Below, piece by piece: positions 38,141-51,787 of a stretch of 64,000 nt of DNA. The DNA is taken from positions 50,034,001-50,098,000 of the forward strand of contig NC_042999.1 of NCBI RefSeq assembly GCF_006345805.1. The letters are read 5' to 3'. The notes below the pieces were generated by a model. The model had not been told where the DNA came from. It ran no database searches and saw only the letters and a list, made by a program, of their open reading frames with translations. The DNA is from Octopus sinensis (lineage: Eukaryota). The stretch's first letter is position 1, and the number at the start of each line of letters is the position of its first letter. Position numbers and translations under genes: made by a program.

Positions 38141-38547
38141 GGCATAGGAGTGGCTGTGTGGTAGTAGCTTGCTTACAAACCACATGGTTCCAGGTTCAGT
38201 CCCACTGCATGACACCTTGGGCAAGTGTCTTTTATTATAGCCTCAGGCCAACCAAAGCCTTGTGAGTGGATTTGGTAGACGGAAACTGAAAGAAGCCTGT
38301 CGTATATATGCATAGATATATATGTATGTGTATATGTTTGTTTGTCAGTGTTTGTCCTGTCCCGCCCCCACATCGCTTGTCAATCGATGCTGGTGTGTTT
38401 ACATCCCCGTAACTTTGCGGTTTGGCAAAAGAGACCGATAGAATAAGTACTAGGCTTACAAAGAATAAGTCCTGGGGTCGATTTGCTCAACTAAAGGTGG
38501 TGCTCCAGCATGGGCACAGTCAAATGACTGAAAAGAGTAAAAGAGTA
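38141..38547 (+). mobile_element. SINE family A copy
   Basis: Full head to aaagagtaaaagagta tail. Confidence 0.88.
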
Positions 38548-38875
38548 CAATTCTAGATTATTAAAATTAGAAATAGGTAATGCAACAAGAGGGAAGATAG
38601 TATGAAATTTAGCAGCCACGGTGGTAACTCTAGATTTGTGTAACAACCATCACATGATTATTAATATAATCACATGACACTTGCAAATTTAAACATTATA
38701 TCTAATTTGCACTTCAAATATAGCAGAGAGCTTTCTGCACACTATTATTGCATAATAGAAACAAACTATCTTTCCTGCCAAATATAATTTTACAAATTTT
38801 TTACAAGTAGTTCTGAGCTTGATGCCAGCTTGACTCTTTTACATTCAGATTACACTGTCAAAATGTAGTGCTTAT

Positions 38876-39287
38876 TTACTCTTTTTACTCTTTTACTTGT
38901 TTCAGTCATTTTGACTGTGGCCATGCTGGAGCACTGCCTTTAGTCAAGCAAATCGACCCCAGGACTTATTCTTTGTAAGCCTAGTACTTATTCTATCGGT
39001 TTCTTTTGCCAAACGACTAAGTTACGGGGATGTAAACACACTAGCATCAGTTGTCAAGCGATGTTGGGGGGACAAACACAGACACACAAACATATACACA
39101 CATACATATATATATACATATATACGACGGGCTTCTTTCAGTTTCCGTCTACCAAATCCACTCACAAGGCTTTGGTCGGCCCGAGGCTATAGCAGAAGAC
39201 ACTTGTCCAAGGTGCCATGCAGTGGGACTGAACCCGGAACCATGTGGTTGGTAAGCAAGCTACTTACCACACATTCACTCCTACGCC
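38876..39287 (-). mobile_element. SINE family A copy
   Basis: Reverse-complement full-length copy. Confidence 0.88.
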
Positions 39288-40319
39288 TGTTTTCAGTTGA
39301 TCATGCATTATTTCATAGCTTCAAGACTTTAATGATGTGATTATTTAGGGTCAATATGAGAAACCAGATCTGACCAGTTTGAACATAAAACAGGTGGACA
39401 ATTTTGGCTGGATATGGCCAGTTTAAATACGAATGGTCAAGCAACTACTGTCAGTTTCTGATAACCTGCTACGAAAAATGATGTCACTCCAATCACACAA
39501 GAATGTTATATAGAAATATATAGACATGCGCACAAACAAACAAAAAGGAATGCAGTGTAAATAACGGACAGAGTCAAGACTATTGAAAAGTTTGCAAGGC
39601 GCAACGAAAATTTTAGGAAAATAAAAATAAGAAATAAGTGGAAATTTTACCGGTGAGTGTGTTAAATTATAAGGCACAAAAAGGAAATGACTCTCCCCAG
39701 ATACAACAGAATATGCTTCAACACACAAACTCATATAAAGAATCTTGCAAACCAAATCCCCAAAAAGAAATATAAGAATTTTTGCTGATCATTGTCTCAT
39801 ACACTGGCATAGCAATTCCCCAAAACATAACCAATATTTTGACAGTATTATCTTATAGACTTGCATTGCATCAGACCAAATGTATCATTATGACCTTTTC
39901 TTTATATATATATATTTATAAAAAAGAAGTTTGAAAACACCACTATATAAGATAAATCTTAATTTTCTTAGAAATTTTACATGTTAAGGTAATAAAAGAA
40001 GTTCATAATTGTTTCTTACTGGTCTCAACAGAATCCACGTGGTGGTGTTTTGTGGGGAGTAAGCATAATAGCTGTAGATTTAAAGTTAAGTGTAATAAAA
40101 AAGTTCATAATTGTTTCTTACTGGTCTCAACAGAATCCATGTGGTTGTTTTTTGTGGGGAGTAAGTTTAATAGCTGTCTTAGTGTTCGAATGGTCAGTGA
40201 ATAAACTGTTGACTAAATTACACAAAAATGAAAAACTGAAAATAACACTGACATTTCATTTTAATAGATATATTTACCAAAATTTAATAAAAATATCTTG
40301 AAATACTAAAGAGTAAATT

Positions 40320-41027
40320 TATTCAATAAAATCGCCATTGGCTTTAATCATGGCCTCCAGACGACTTTTGAATTTTCTGCAACTCTACTGGATGGTTTCC
40401 TTGTTTAAGTTGGTGCCATAATCCTTGCCTTCACAACATCTTTGGAATTTTGTTGGTCTCTCGCACAGCTGCACCCGACGCATAGTAATCAAGGGGTTTG
40501 CAGCCTGAGGAGTTAGGTAGCCAAATGTTAGGGGTGATGTGGCTGCAGAAATGTCTGACAGCCATGTTTGAATTTCTCCTACTCATGTGACATGGCGCAG
40601 AGTCCTGTTGCCAGACACAGGGTCTTCCATCAGCCACCCTCTTAACCCCGGACAACACTACCTCCTCCAGGCACTTGATGTAGGCCTACATGTTGAGTCT
40701 GAGGCAGTGTGGAAAGATGAATGGAGGCATAATGTTGCCATCACTAGTGATCACTCCACACAATATTATGTTGACTAGATGTTTGATTTTTATCACTCTC
40801 AGTACATGTTCCCAGATTGCACTGTCCATAGATTGACATCGACATGCCAAATAGTACATGCTGTTTCCAAATTTCTGGCAGAGTGAATTGTATCACGGTG
40901 CTATTTTTCCTACTGATGGTGCCCAACTGACTCTACTATACTATGTAGTTGACAAAATAAAGAACAAACAATGTATATGTATGAAATAAAATATACAAAA
41001 TGGCAACAATTTACCCATCACACCCTG
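40320..41027 (-). mobile_element. Decayed maT/DD37D-like Tc1/mariner fragment with one terminal repeat
   Basis: Minus strand WQQDSAPCH...ITPNIWLPNSSGCKPLDYY...RETNK, a decayed WPPNSPDCNPLDY motif. Terminal caccctg|TA at 41021-41029. The other end was not found. Confidence 0.72.
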
Positions 41028-41244
41028 TATATTTGCTTTCAAATTTTTGCACAAGACCGGCAATTTCCAGAGTGGGATAAGTCGATTACATTAACCCTAA
41101 TGCTTTTCTAGCATTTATTTTATTGACCCAGAGGTTGAAAGGCAAAGTCAATCTTACAAAGATATTGCCCCTTCCTGAAATTCATACCATAACATGGAAT
41201 TTCATAGGACAAAACAATTCTTCTCATTTATTTCTTCGTTACAT

Positions 41245-41673
41245 GGTAATGAATGAGCATAGACATCAATGGGAAAATACATTTCACGTTACACATAAAA
41301 AGCACTATCCAAACGTGGCTGATGCCAGCACCGCCCCGACTGGCTTCTGTGCTGGTGGCACATAAAAAGCACCAAAAGCACCATCCGAACGTTGCCAGTG
41401 CCGCCTTGGCTGGCTTCCGTGCCGCTGGCACGTTAAAAGCTCCAACCGATCGTGGCCAATGCTGGACCCCCCCTGGCACCTGTGCAGGTGGCACATAAAA
41501 AGCACCCACTACACTCGCGGAGTGGTTGGCGTTAGGAAGGGCATCCAGCCGTAGAAACTCTGCCGGATCAGACTGGAGCCTGGAGCAGCCCCTGGCTTCC
41601 CAGACCCCGGTCGAACTGTCCAACCCGTGCTAGCACGGAAAAAGGACGTTAAACGATGATGATGATGATGATG
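41245..41673 (+). mobile_element. RTE 3' UTR/tail fragment
   Basis: Contains the acatcaatgg UTR segment, about four degenerate ggcac(a/g)taaaa units and a (GAT)n tail. Confidence 0.82.
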
Positions 41674-42946
41674 TTACAAAATTCTGTTATGACAAGATTT
41701 TTGGGAAATGTAATACAAGGGAATACCTGTATTTTCCATTGTAATCACAGAGCAAGAAGATCTGCACCATAATTTAATTTTATGAACCAATTTCATCAGC
41801 ATTGTTTCATTTGCTGAAACTAAAGTTATTCATTCATTCATTTAGCATCTGTGTATTTATGTTGGCATGGATTGAACAGGGACTATTTGATACAAGATTT
41901 TACATCATGATGCTCTTCCTGTCACCAATCTTTACTTGGTTGTGAAGTAAGGGATGCTTTTGTGTTGTTTTTAAATTCCCCAGACCTTTGAAAGTACAGT
42001 ACAATTATTTGTAATGTCAACAAAGAACGTTAACATTATAACACTGTTTTGCTCAGACAATTAGAAGTGAAGCTGTGAAATGTCAATTTTCACACACAAG
42101 CACACACACATGCACATCAAAACACAACAGGATTTCACATAGATTCTGTTGATAAAATTCGCTCACAATGCATCATTCAGCCCAAAGCTTATAAAACAAG
42201 ACACATGCCCAAGATGCCATAGAGGAGGACTGAACCCAAAACCATATGGTTGTGAGGGTAAACTTTTTAACTATATGTCCATTCTTGTACCTGTATATTT
42301 AATAAAAGTAGTTTCTCCCAAATCTTAACTTATATACTACTTAACCCAGCTTAACCACCAATATATGATATTTCTTTAGTCAACACATCTTATCAAAATC
42401 CTTTACACATCAAAACTACAGCAAAATAATTGTCTCTTTAGTATACATTCAATAATATTTTCTAATATGTTTCTCAAACCGCTTGTATTCCATTCAGCTG
42501 CATTCAATCTATCTCCAACATTTACTTTTACCAATATCTAATTTATCATACAAACTATTATGATATCCTTATAAAACATTATATTAATATTATAAAGTAA
42601 GAGATTTTCATAACTTTCCGCAAGATGACAGCTTATTCCGTGTACTCTATTTTGGTTTGGCTCAATGTTGAAATATATTAAGTATTTAAGGGTTATGGTA
42701 GGGGTTATGGAGTGGTAGGCTCTGTTTCTCACTTGATATCATTTCACTACACTTTTGTGATAATTGCCATTGAGAAAAGCATGAACATTACAACATCTAA
42801 TTTGGTTGAGCAGATTTCATTTTGTCACCCAATGGTTTGAGGGTCTCTTTAACCACATAGTACTTTAGTTATGATTTTGAATGGTATGCTGACTGGATGA
42901 TTACCTGGATTTTTTAAATTCCTATTCCTTAAATTATATATATATA

Positions 42947-43337
42947 CTAGCAGTATCACCCGGCGTTGCTCGGGTTTGTTTTGACCCTTTAGAATTGGAA
43001 TTTTTGAAAAGTAAAAATTTTGCATTATGTAGCTTGTTATCTCTTTAAGTGAACATTTTTCTGGTTGAAATACACCAAAAAATTGCGACACAGCAGTAAA
43101 AAAATCGTAAAAAAGAGGGATTTTCATTGAAAAAGAGCACCTTTTTGATGTAAATAATTTTTGGTCTTAACATGGTCCGATTTTAATTTTATCTTCTAAG
43201 AAATGAAGAGCAAGCCTTCTTCTATCACACTCTCAATTCTGGTCAACTTACACTGCAGGGTCTCAGAGGAGAAAGTGTTAGTTGAAGGCTACCAAACCTG
43301 CCATACACAGACAACTTCAGCTTTATATATATAGAGA
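42947..43337 (-). mobile_element. Non-autonomous Helitron (391 bp)
   Basis: Minus strand a|TCtctatatatataaag ... acccgagcaacgccgggt (hairpin) gatactgCTAG|t: 5' TC, 3' CTAG, subterminal hairpin, inserted between A and T. Confidence 0.8.
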
Positions 43338-44040
43338 TTAAAGCTGCAAAATTATCACAGGACTGTTACTCTGGTGTTTCGCATTCTTGTTTGTTAGACA
43401 GTTGTGATGAATACTGAACTAATATCATGATTGTACATGTAATATGATATAATATGCATGAATAAGAATTTATTGATTGGGTGGCAGGTTTTCGAAACAT
43501 AACAGCATAATTTTCGTTACAAGTTGGGTGGTAAGGAGATATGAAAATTAACAGTAAAGTATGAATATAAAAGTAAAAATAAGTATGGGTTCTAGGTGTA
43601 TATATATTCATATATAAGAAATTAGAAGGACAAAGGAACAAACAATTATGTTATGAACTTCATTGGCTTATGGCTGTTTCTGCTGCAAGATGTAATGCAC
43701 TCATAGCTGAAGGCTTTATTAACACCCTATAGTTTCATTGGAGCTTCAAAACATGATGTGCAATTTTATTTGGAAAAACAGAGAGAACAGAGGTGTTCAA
43801 GTTCTTGGAGTAAATCAAGTGGTGGAGTTTTTTTCAGAGTTTCTTATTATGAGAGAGTATAAGAAAGGGCCGAGTGTGTCTGAAAACACAGCTGAGAAAG
43901 TATCACTCCAAATGATAACCCTGTTTGCTGGGAATATATCCAGAATATTTTCATTCTGGGTTTAATCAGATTTTCTTGTGGTATCATTGTGCAGCATAGG
44001 AAAGTGAGCAATATTTTGGAATTTTTTATATATATATTTA

Positions 44041-44522
44041 CTAGCAGTATTGCCCGTCTTTGCAAAATGGTCACATTTAATTCAAAGCGTTAAAAATGTT
44101 ATGAAAACAATTGGTATGTGTTCACAAAGTCCAAACGATTAATACGAAAAAACCCTCCAGGCTACATCCCGAAAATTCATTTCTTTGCCGAATTTCTACA
44201 ATGTTTACGGCGATTCGTTTTTATATCTTGATTTTTTATTTTTCATGTAATTTACACATGCTTGAACGTGTGGTGAACACAGTTCATGTCAAACAGCAGA
44301 CTGGATAAAGTTCACTATTCGATGCATGGGACAAGGCCTAAACAAACACATTATCAATTTTTGCACTTACGAGATGAATTTCAGAACAGAAATAGCGCAG
44401 TTCAATTTTCATTTGCCTAAACTTTAAGTGACCCATTTTTAATGATTCTACAATTTGTTGGCTAGGAAATGTGCGAGGAAGTTAAACACACAGACACACA
44501 AGTTGAGTTTTATATATATAGA
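44041..44522 (-). mobile_element. Non-autonomous Helitron (482 bp), 3' hairpin eroded
   Basis: Minus strand a|TCtatatatataaaactc ... gacgggcaatactgCTAG|t. Same terminal architecture as 42947-43337 but a different interior. Confidence 0.7.
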
Positions 44523-44689
44523 TATAAGGTTTTTTTTTTATATTTACTGAGTCAGGAAGAAGAGACAATGCCTATGAACTTTGCAAGTTGGTGAGCTTGG
44601 TGCTATCACTGTGCTGAGCCTGATCAAATTGATGCAAAATGGTGAGCTATCTGCAATACCAGTGAATATGATTAGCATGCATGTGTCTT

Positions 44690-45485
44690 TCATTTGATGT
44701 GTGCATGTGTGTACACATGCAAGTAAATAATGGGTGTATGGATGAGTAAAGTCATTTGAAGTTTCCCTGTGTGAATATATATGTTTATTTATGTATGTGA
44801 ATATTTATCTAGATAATGCATGTATATGCATGCTACATGTGTACATTCATTTGACATTCATATATATTTATATATGTGTGTGTGTATGTATATATATGTA
44901 TGTATATATGAATATATATATGTATGCGTATGTATGGATGTGATTATATATGTATATGTGTGTGTGTATGTGTATCTTTATGTGTTCACTCATTTGATGT
45001 TTGTAAAGCATATTTGCATACAGATATGTATATAAATGCGTGTATTCATTTAATGTTTATTTCTATGAGAATATGTATGTGTGTGTGTATATGTATGTAC
45101 ATTTATTTGATGTGCATGTACATCAATTTGAGGAATTTCTGTGTGTATGAGCATGTGTGTATATGTCTGTATATGTACATGTCTATGATGTATGTATGTG
45201 TGCATTTCATTTAATGATTGTGTGTGCATGAGGGAATATGGATACATAAAGGATAAATATAGATATAAGATGTATATGCATGATGTACAAATGTATATAT
45301 ATGCATTTAATGAATGTATCCATTGATATATGCATTTGATGTTTGCATGTATGTGTGCATTGTATACACATGCATATAAAGCATACACGCACATACCCAC
45401 AACATAAGCATATACATACAAGCACATTTACACATACCACATAAAATTAATGCATGTACACATGTCATACACTTTCTCACACACA
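44690..45485. repeat. Degenerate alternating purine-pyrimidine (TA/TG/CA) tract; a similar tract lies at ~46860-47425
   Basis: Low-complexity RY-alternating sequence that accounts for many Y/I/C/V/M/H ORFs. Confidence 0.85.
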
Positions 45486-46140
45486 TCTGTTGAACTTGGC
45501 AAACTGGCACAGTGATTAAAGCCCTGCTGTATTTTTTGCCTCACTGTGCTTTGAGTTCAAATCTTGCCAGGATCAAGTTTGCTTTTATTAGTCTTTTGAG
45601 ATTGATAAATCCAGAACGACCGAATTTTTTTAAACTTTGGACAGGATGCCATGCAGTATATGTTCCAAATTTGTGCATTCCAAGATCAAATGCTATCCCA
45701 TTTTACTACCCTGCTGTCTTCAAACAGTAATACTTCTGTCAGAAGTTATGACCAATGGAGAGAATCAGTAATTTCAAGGAGAAATGGAAACATGGTTTCA
45801 TAAGATCATCATTGTCATCGTCGTCATCACCATCACCATTATTTGACATTCATTTTCCTTGCTGGATGGTTTCACAGGAGTTGGCCAGCCAGAGAGCTGT
45901 TCAGACTTCAAATGTTTGTTTTGACAGGGGACAAACAAGGACACACAAGGGGATTAAGTCAATTACATCGACCCCAGTGCGTAACTGGTAATTAATTTAT
46001 CGACCCTGAAAGGATGAAAGGCAAAGTCGACCTTCGTGGAATTTGAACTCAGAATGTAATGGCAGATGAAATACCTATTTCTTCACTACTCACAAGGGGC
46101 TAAACACAGAGAGGACAAACAAGGACAGGCAAACGGATTA

Positions 46141-46558
46141 AGTCGACCTCGGTGGAATTTGAACTCAGAACGTAGCGGCAGACAAAATACCACTAAGCAT
46201 TTCACCTGGCGTGCTAAAGTTTCTGTCAGCTCACCGCCTTAAGACAAAGTCGACCTCGGTGGAATTTGAACTCAGAACATAGCGGCAGACGAAATACCAC
46301 TAAACATTTCACCTGGCATGCTAACATTTCTGTCAGCTCACCACCTTAAGACAAAGTCGACCTTGGTGGAATTTGAACTCAGAACGTAGCGGCAGACGAA
46401 ATACCACTAAGCATTTTGCCTGGCATGCTAACGTTTTTGTCAGCTCGCCACCTTAAGCCAAAGTCGACCTCGATAGAATTTGAACTCAGAACGTAGCGGC
46501 AGACGAAATACCACTAAGCATTTTGCCTGGCATGCTAACGTTTCTGCCAGCTTGCCTT
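46141..46558 (-). repeat. Four head-to-tail 107-bp copies of a SINE tRNA-like head (A/B boxes)
   Basis: agtcgacc(t/c)...ggaatttgaactcagaac unit at 46141, 46248, 46355 and 46462. The minus strand reads ggcggtgagctgacagaaac...gagttcaaattcc. Confidence 0.92.
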
Positions 46559-48395
46559 ATTATTTTGGCATGGTTTCTATGGCTGGATGCCCTCCCAAAT
46601 ACCATTAAAAAAACCATTAGCCACCACTACTACCACCGTGTGCACATTCATTTGAATGCGCATAGTTGTGTATATAGATGCATATAGGTTTGTGCATGAG
46701 TGCATGCAAGTGTACAATCATGTGTATATTCAATATGCCTTGCAAGTTATTGGTTAACCCAAGGCTAAGGAAGACAACATTAGCACTAGATGCCATGCGG
46801 TGAGTTTGAACCCCAAACCACATAACTGTGAAATGAAATTCTTAACCACACCACTACTCCTGCACATACATGTTTCAGTGTATGCGTATGCTTGTGTGCA
46901 CGCGTGTGCATGTGTGTGTGTGCAGGTTTACAAACAGATAATATGTGTATACATGTGTAAACTCAGCTGATGTAGTTCAGTGTGTGTATGCGTTTGCATT
47001 TAACATGTGTATGTGTCTGTATATTCATCGGATGTTTGTGTGCGTGTGTGTGTGTGTGTAAGCATTCAGATGATTACTATATGTGCAAGCATGTGTATAG
47101 TCATTCAATCTTTATGCCTGTATGTGTGTATGCATACGCAGAGAATGTGTATATGTGTGTGCGTATTGATTTCACTTTTGTGCATGTATTTATACATATG
47201 TATGTGCAAGAATGCATATATATATATATATATATTCATGTGATGTATGTGTGCACATGCAGATAATGTGTGTATGAATGTTTATGCTTCTTTTGATGTT
47301 TGTGCATGTATATGTATGTACATGTGTGTGTATATATACATGCACACATATATGAACTTTGTGTTCATGTGGATACATATAAAATTAGTGCATATATGTG
47401 CCTACACGTTTGCATATGGCTGTTTGTGAATGTTGGCAAGGTCAAAGAGTGACAGAAAAAAAAAGAATCTGAAAACAATAACCTGTGAAGGCAGAGTAAT
47501 TAAATATTAAATGTTGAAAAAATGAAGAGATTAAATGAAAAGACAAAGTTAATGTTGTTTGGAGTGAAAGTCAGAGAAAGTGTTGGAGAATTCAGAATAG
47601 AGAAAAAAACAGAGTTAGTCAGATAATTGAGGTAATGATTGTTCTAAAAGTGGTACTCATGCTAACAAAGCCACTCTATAGCTTATCCGTTTTACTTCCA
47701 ACTCTAGGCTGCACATGCAGAAAATAGCAGGGAAAAAGGACAACGGTGTATGACAATGGTTAATGCAGTCTCAGTTTTAATTGCTCAATCATATCCAGTC
47801 TTTCTTGCATATTCACACACATACACATATCATCATTATTATCATCATCACCATCATTTAACATTCGTTTTCTATGCTGGCATGGTTTGGATGGCTTGAC
47901 AGGAGCTGGCAAGGCCAGGGGCCCTCACCAGGTTCTATAATCTATTTTTGCTTTATTCCTACAGCTGGATTCCCTTCCTAATGCCAATGACTTTACAGAG
48001 TGTACTGGGTGCTGTTTACATGGCACCATCACCAATCTTTTTTTTGTGACCCCAGCCCGTGTTTTTACATGGTATCAGCACCAGGAATTTTTGTGGCCCC
48101 AGCACTAGCGTTTTTATGTGGCCCCAGCACCAGTATTTTTTATGTGGCACCTTGGTTTTAGGATATCAATTCTATTGGGTGGGTCTTCTTACACACATTT
48201 TCCCACATATATTCATAGTTTACCCAAGTCGTCTCTTATCTTGTACTTATTTCAGTTATTAGCTGTGGCCATGCTGGGGCACCACCTTTGAAGAATTTTA
48301 GTCGAACAAAAAATTTTTCACTTGTTCATGTATGCATGTCTGTGTGTGTGTGTGTGCATGCATGTGTATGTTTGTGAGAGAAAGACTGGATGTAA

Positions 48396-48793
48396 CTTTT
48401 TACTCTTTTACTTGTTTCAGTCATTTGACTGCGGCCATGCTGGAGCACCGCCTTTAATCAAGCAACTTGACCCCGGGACTTATTCTTTTGTAAGCCCAGT
48501 ACTTATTCTATCAGTCTCTTTTGCTGAACCGCTAAGTAACGGGGACATAAACACACCAGCATCGGTTGTCAAGCAATGCTAGGGGGACAAACACAGGCAC
48601 ACAAACACACACACGCATACATATATATACATATATGCAATGGGCTTCTTTTAGTTTCCGTCAACCAAATCCACTCACAAAGCTTTGGTTGGCCCGAGGC
48701 TATAGTAGAAGACACTTGCCCAAGGTGCCACGCAGTGGGACTGAAACCGGAACCATGTGGTTGGTAAACAAGCTACTTACCACACAGCCACTC
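48396..48793 (-). mobile_element. SINE family A copy
   Basis: Shares subfamily variants (caagcaatgctagggggac, aagcccagtact) with the 16649 and 57644 copies. Confidence 0.88.
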
Positions 48794-49896
48794 AGAAATT
48801 AAAATTGCATTAACTTTTGTTATATACTCATGTCCCCCCACTACCACCACCACCATTTTCTTTGTGTGCATCATTTTTTGTTTATGTCTACTTGTCTATG
48901 CTTTCAGATGTCAGATGGAATTCCTGTACAGCCTGTTTGACTGTGCAGTCAATAAAATAAAGTACAAATCAAGTTTTGGGTCAATGTAATCAACTGACTC
49001 TCTTCCCCACGAAATCTTCAGGTCTAGCAGTTATATCAGAAGAAATTATAATTAAGGGCAGTTGATTGGCATTTCTATCAGAGCTGTGGTCAAAATGTCT
49101 TGCAGTATTTGTTACTATACTGGAAGGATATCCAGGTGTAGAAAATATACTTCAACAAATTCCATATAATTCACGGTATCATGGAAAAGTGGACAGTATT
49201 TGATGTTGATGATGACAATGATGATGTTGATGACACTAGCAGGAAATGTGTGGTGGTGTGGTGGAGGCAGGGAGACCATGGTGTAAACCAGTTCTGTATT
49301 GCAATTTCGTCTCCTCTAGAAGAGCTGCAGGTCATATTTAGCTCAAAGTTTAATTGGGATTCAATATACGTTTTCAGTATATTTTCTACGTTCAAATCTT
49401 ACCGATTTCTATTTTATGTTTCATTCTTTTGAGGCCCTGGTTTAATGTAATCAGCTAAAACCTTCACCATAATTTTTTGGCTTTTGCCTAAATTAGAAAC
49501 AATTGTTATAGAAGTACTCTTTACTCACCTACTTTAATAAGAGAGTACACACAGCATATACACAACACATATAAATTTATACAATTTGCTTCATTGCATT
49601 CCATTGTTCTGCACAGCAGAAGTCTATGATGTTGGTAAAAATAAATGATGGTTTCAATTTAGCATGATTGGCTTGGCTTTTTTATATCTTAGAAATCACA
49701 TCCCTTTGATGGGATGTTATCATATGAAGACACGTTTGGTTTGCATTTTGGCTTATATTTTCTGTATAAGTGAATAACAAGTTGGCATTAAAAAAAAATA
49801 TTATTCTCTATTTTGTTGTTTAGGTGTTGAAATTTATTCAAAATTTGGCTTTGATGTAATTTTACTAATTTAGTTCAAATTTACTGCTTGGTGTGT

Positions 49897-49962
<66 letters not shown>

Positions 49963-50397
49963 TTAAGATGTACAAATATAGATAGTTAGCATCTTGATTT
50001 ACAAAGAAATGCATTCGTTTCTTTTCAATCATTTTTACATTCGTTTTTCCATGCTAAAGCAAATTAGATGAATATGTGTTACAGAGAAATTATCGAACAA
50101 CTAGATACCTTTCCTGTGAATAATCCTTACTTGTTTTGCAAGTAAGGGAATTTTTTTTTTTTTATTCTGTGTTTTCCAAAACAGGAAATGTCAAAACTTC
50201 ACAGCATGTAGCTCACCATTTGTGAATGTTTACGTTCTATGAAACATTCACATAGTCACATATATGCTTAAAGAGACACATATGTATATACACTCATACA
50301 CGCACACATATGTATGTATGTCATTATTCTGTTTTATTTCAAGAGTCGGTTTCTAACCTAGATCCATGGCTCCTTCATTAGAATTTCAACATCAATA

Positions 50398-50482
<85 letters not shown>

Positions 50483-50788
50483 CATGTATGTATGTATGCA
50501 AGTGTGTATGCATATATAGGCACAGAAGTGGCTGTGTGGTAAGTAGCTTGCTTACCAACCACATAGTTCTGGGTTCAGTCCCACAGTCTGGCACCTTGGG
50601 CAAGTGTCTTCTACTATAAATTTGTTTGAAATTTTAAGGTCTTTCCATTATTTTGTCCAACTCCTGTATGTATACAACAGGCTTCGGAGATTATACTTTT
50701 ACCAAATTCATTCACAAGACATTAGTTGGTCCAGAGTTACAGTAAAAGACACTTGCCTAAGATGCCACATAGCAGGATAGAACCTGAA

Positions 50789-51203
50789 GGCAGTGAGCTC
50801 GCAGAAATGTTAGCATGGGAGGCGAAATGCTTAGCGGTTTTCGTCTGCTGTTACGTTCTGAGTTCAAATTCCGCCTAGGACGACTTTGCTGTTCATACTT
50901 TTGAGGTCAATAAATTAAGTACCAGTTACACACTGGGGTTGATGTAATCGACTTAATCCCTTTGTCTGTCCTTGTTTGTCCCCTCTATGTTTAGCCCCTT
51001 GTGGGTAATAAAGAAATAGGTATTTCGTCTGCTGTTATGTTCTGAGTTCAAATTCCGCCGAGGTCGACTTTGCTGTTCATACTTTCAGGGTCAATAAATT
51101 AAGTACTAGTTACACACTGGGGTTGATATAATCGACTTAATCCCTTTGTCTGTCCTTGTTTGTCTCCTCTATGTTTAGCCCCTTGTGGGCAATAAAGAAA
51201 TAG
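50789..51203 (+). mobile_element. Dimeric SINE family B insertion with ~14-bp TSD, nested in a family A relic
   Basis: ggatagaacctgaa (50775-50788) and ggattgaacctgaa (51204-51217) flank a head+body+partial head+body dimer. Confidence 0.82.
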
Positions 51204-51703
51204 GGATTGAACCTGAAACTCTTTGTTAAAAAGTAAACTTTTCACCTATGCAGTTATGCTATCACATTATACATATTTTGTTCAAATTAAAGGAAATCTT
51301 AACTTGTGCTTTGACTGTTATCAAGAATCTTAGATAACCCATTGACGTTCTAACTTTTTTATGAGAAAGTGTGTGATTTATAGGCTCACATAAAACCAGT
51401 AAAAGGACTCAGAATGGAATTCCCAAAGACAACCAATCTAAAAAAACTTTGTTACATTTATAGCACATTATTTATAACTGAAAATAATACAAAAGCATGT
51501 TGTTGTTTTTTTTAAGTTATGTTAGGCAGACATTTCGACTGATACTTGCTAGATCAATGTTTTGTTCTTTCATACTTCTGATAGACACTGTATTTGGAAA
51601 CTAAATATGAAACCAAGTAGAATAGGAGAAAATACCCAAGTGGTTATGATGTAACGTTAACACTGAAATACATAGAACTATATATATATATACGCATGTA
51701 TAC

Positions 51704-51743
<40 letters not shown>

Positions 51744-51787
51744 ACATATATATATATAGATATGCGTGTGTGTGTGTGTATGTATGT

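Noticed and set aside
40660-40690. acttgatgta, a possible WW-exon donor (...YIN|GT) on the minus strand
   Set aside because: It lies within the maT transposase relic, and there is no upstream GWE motif.
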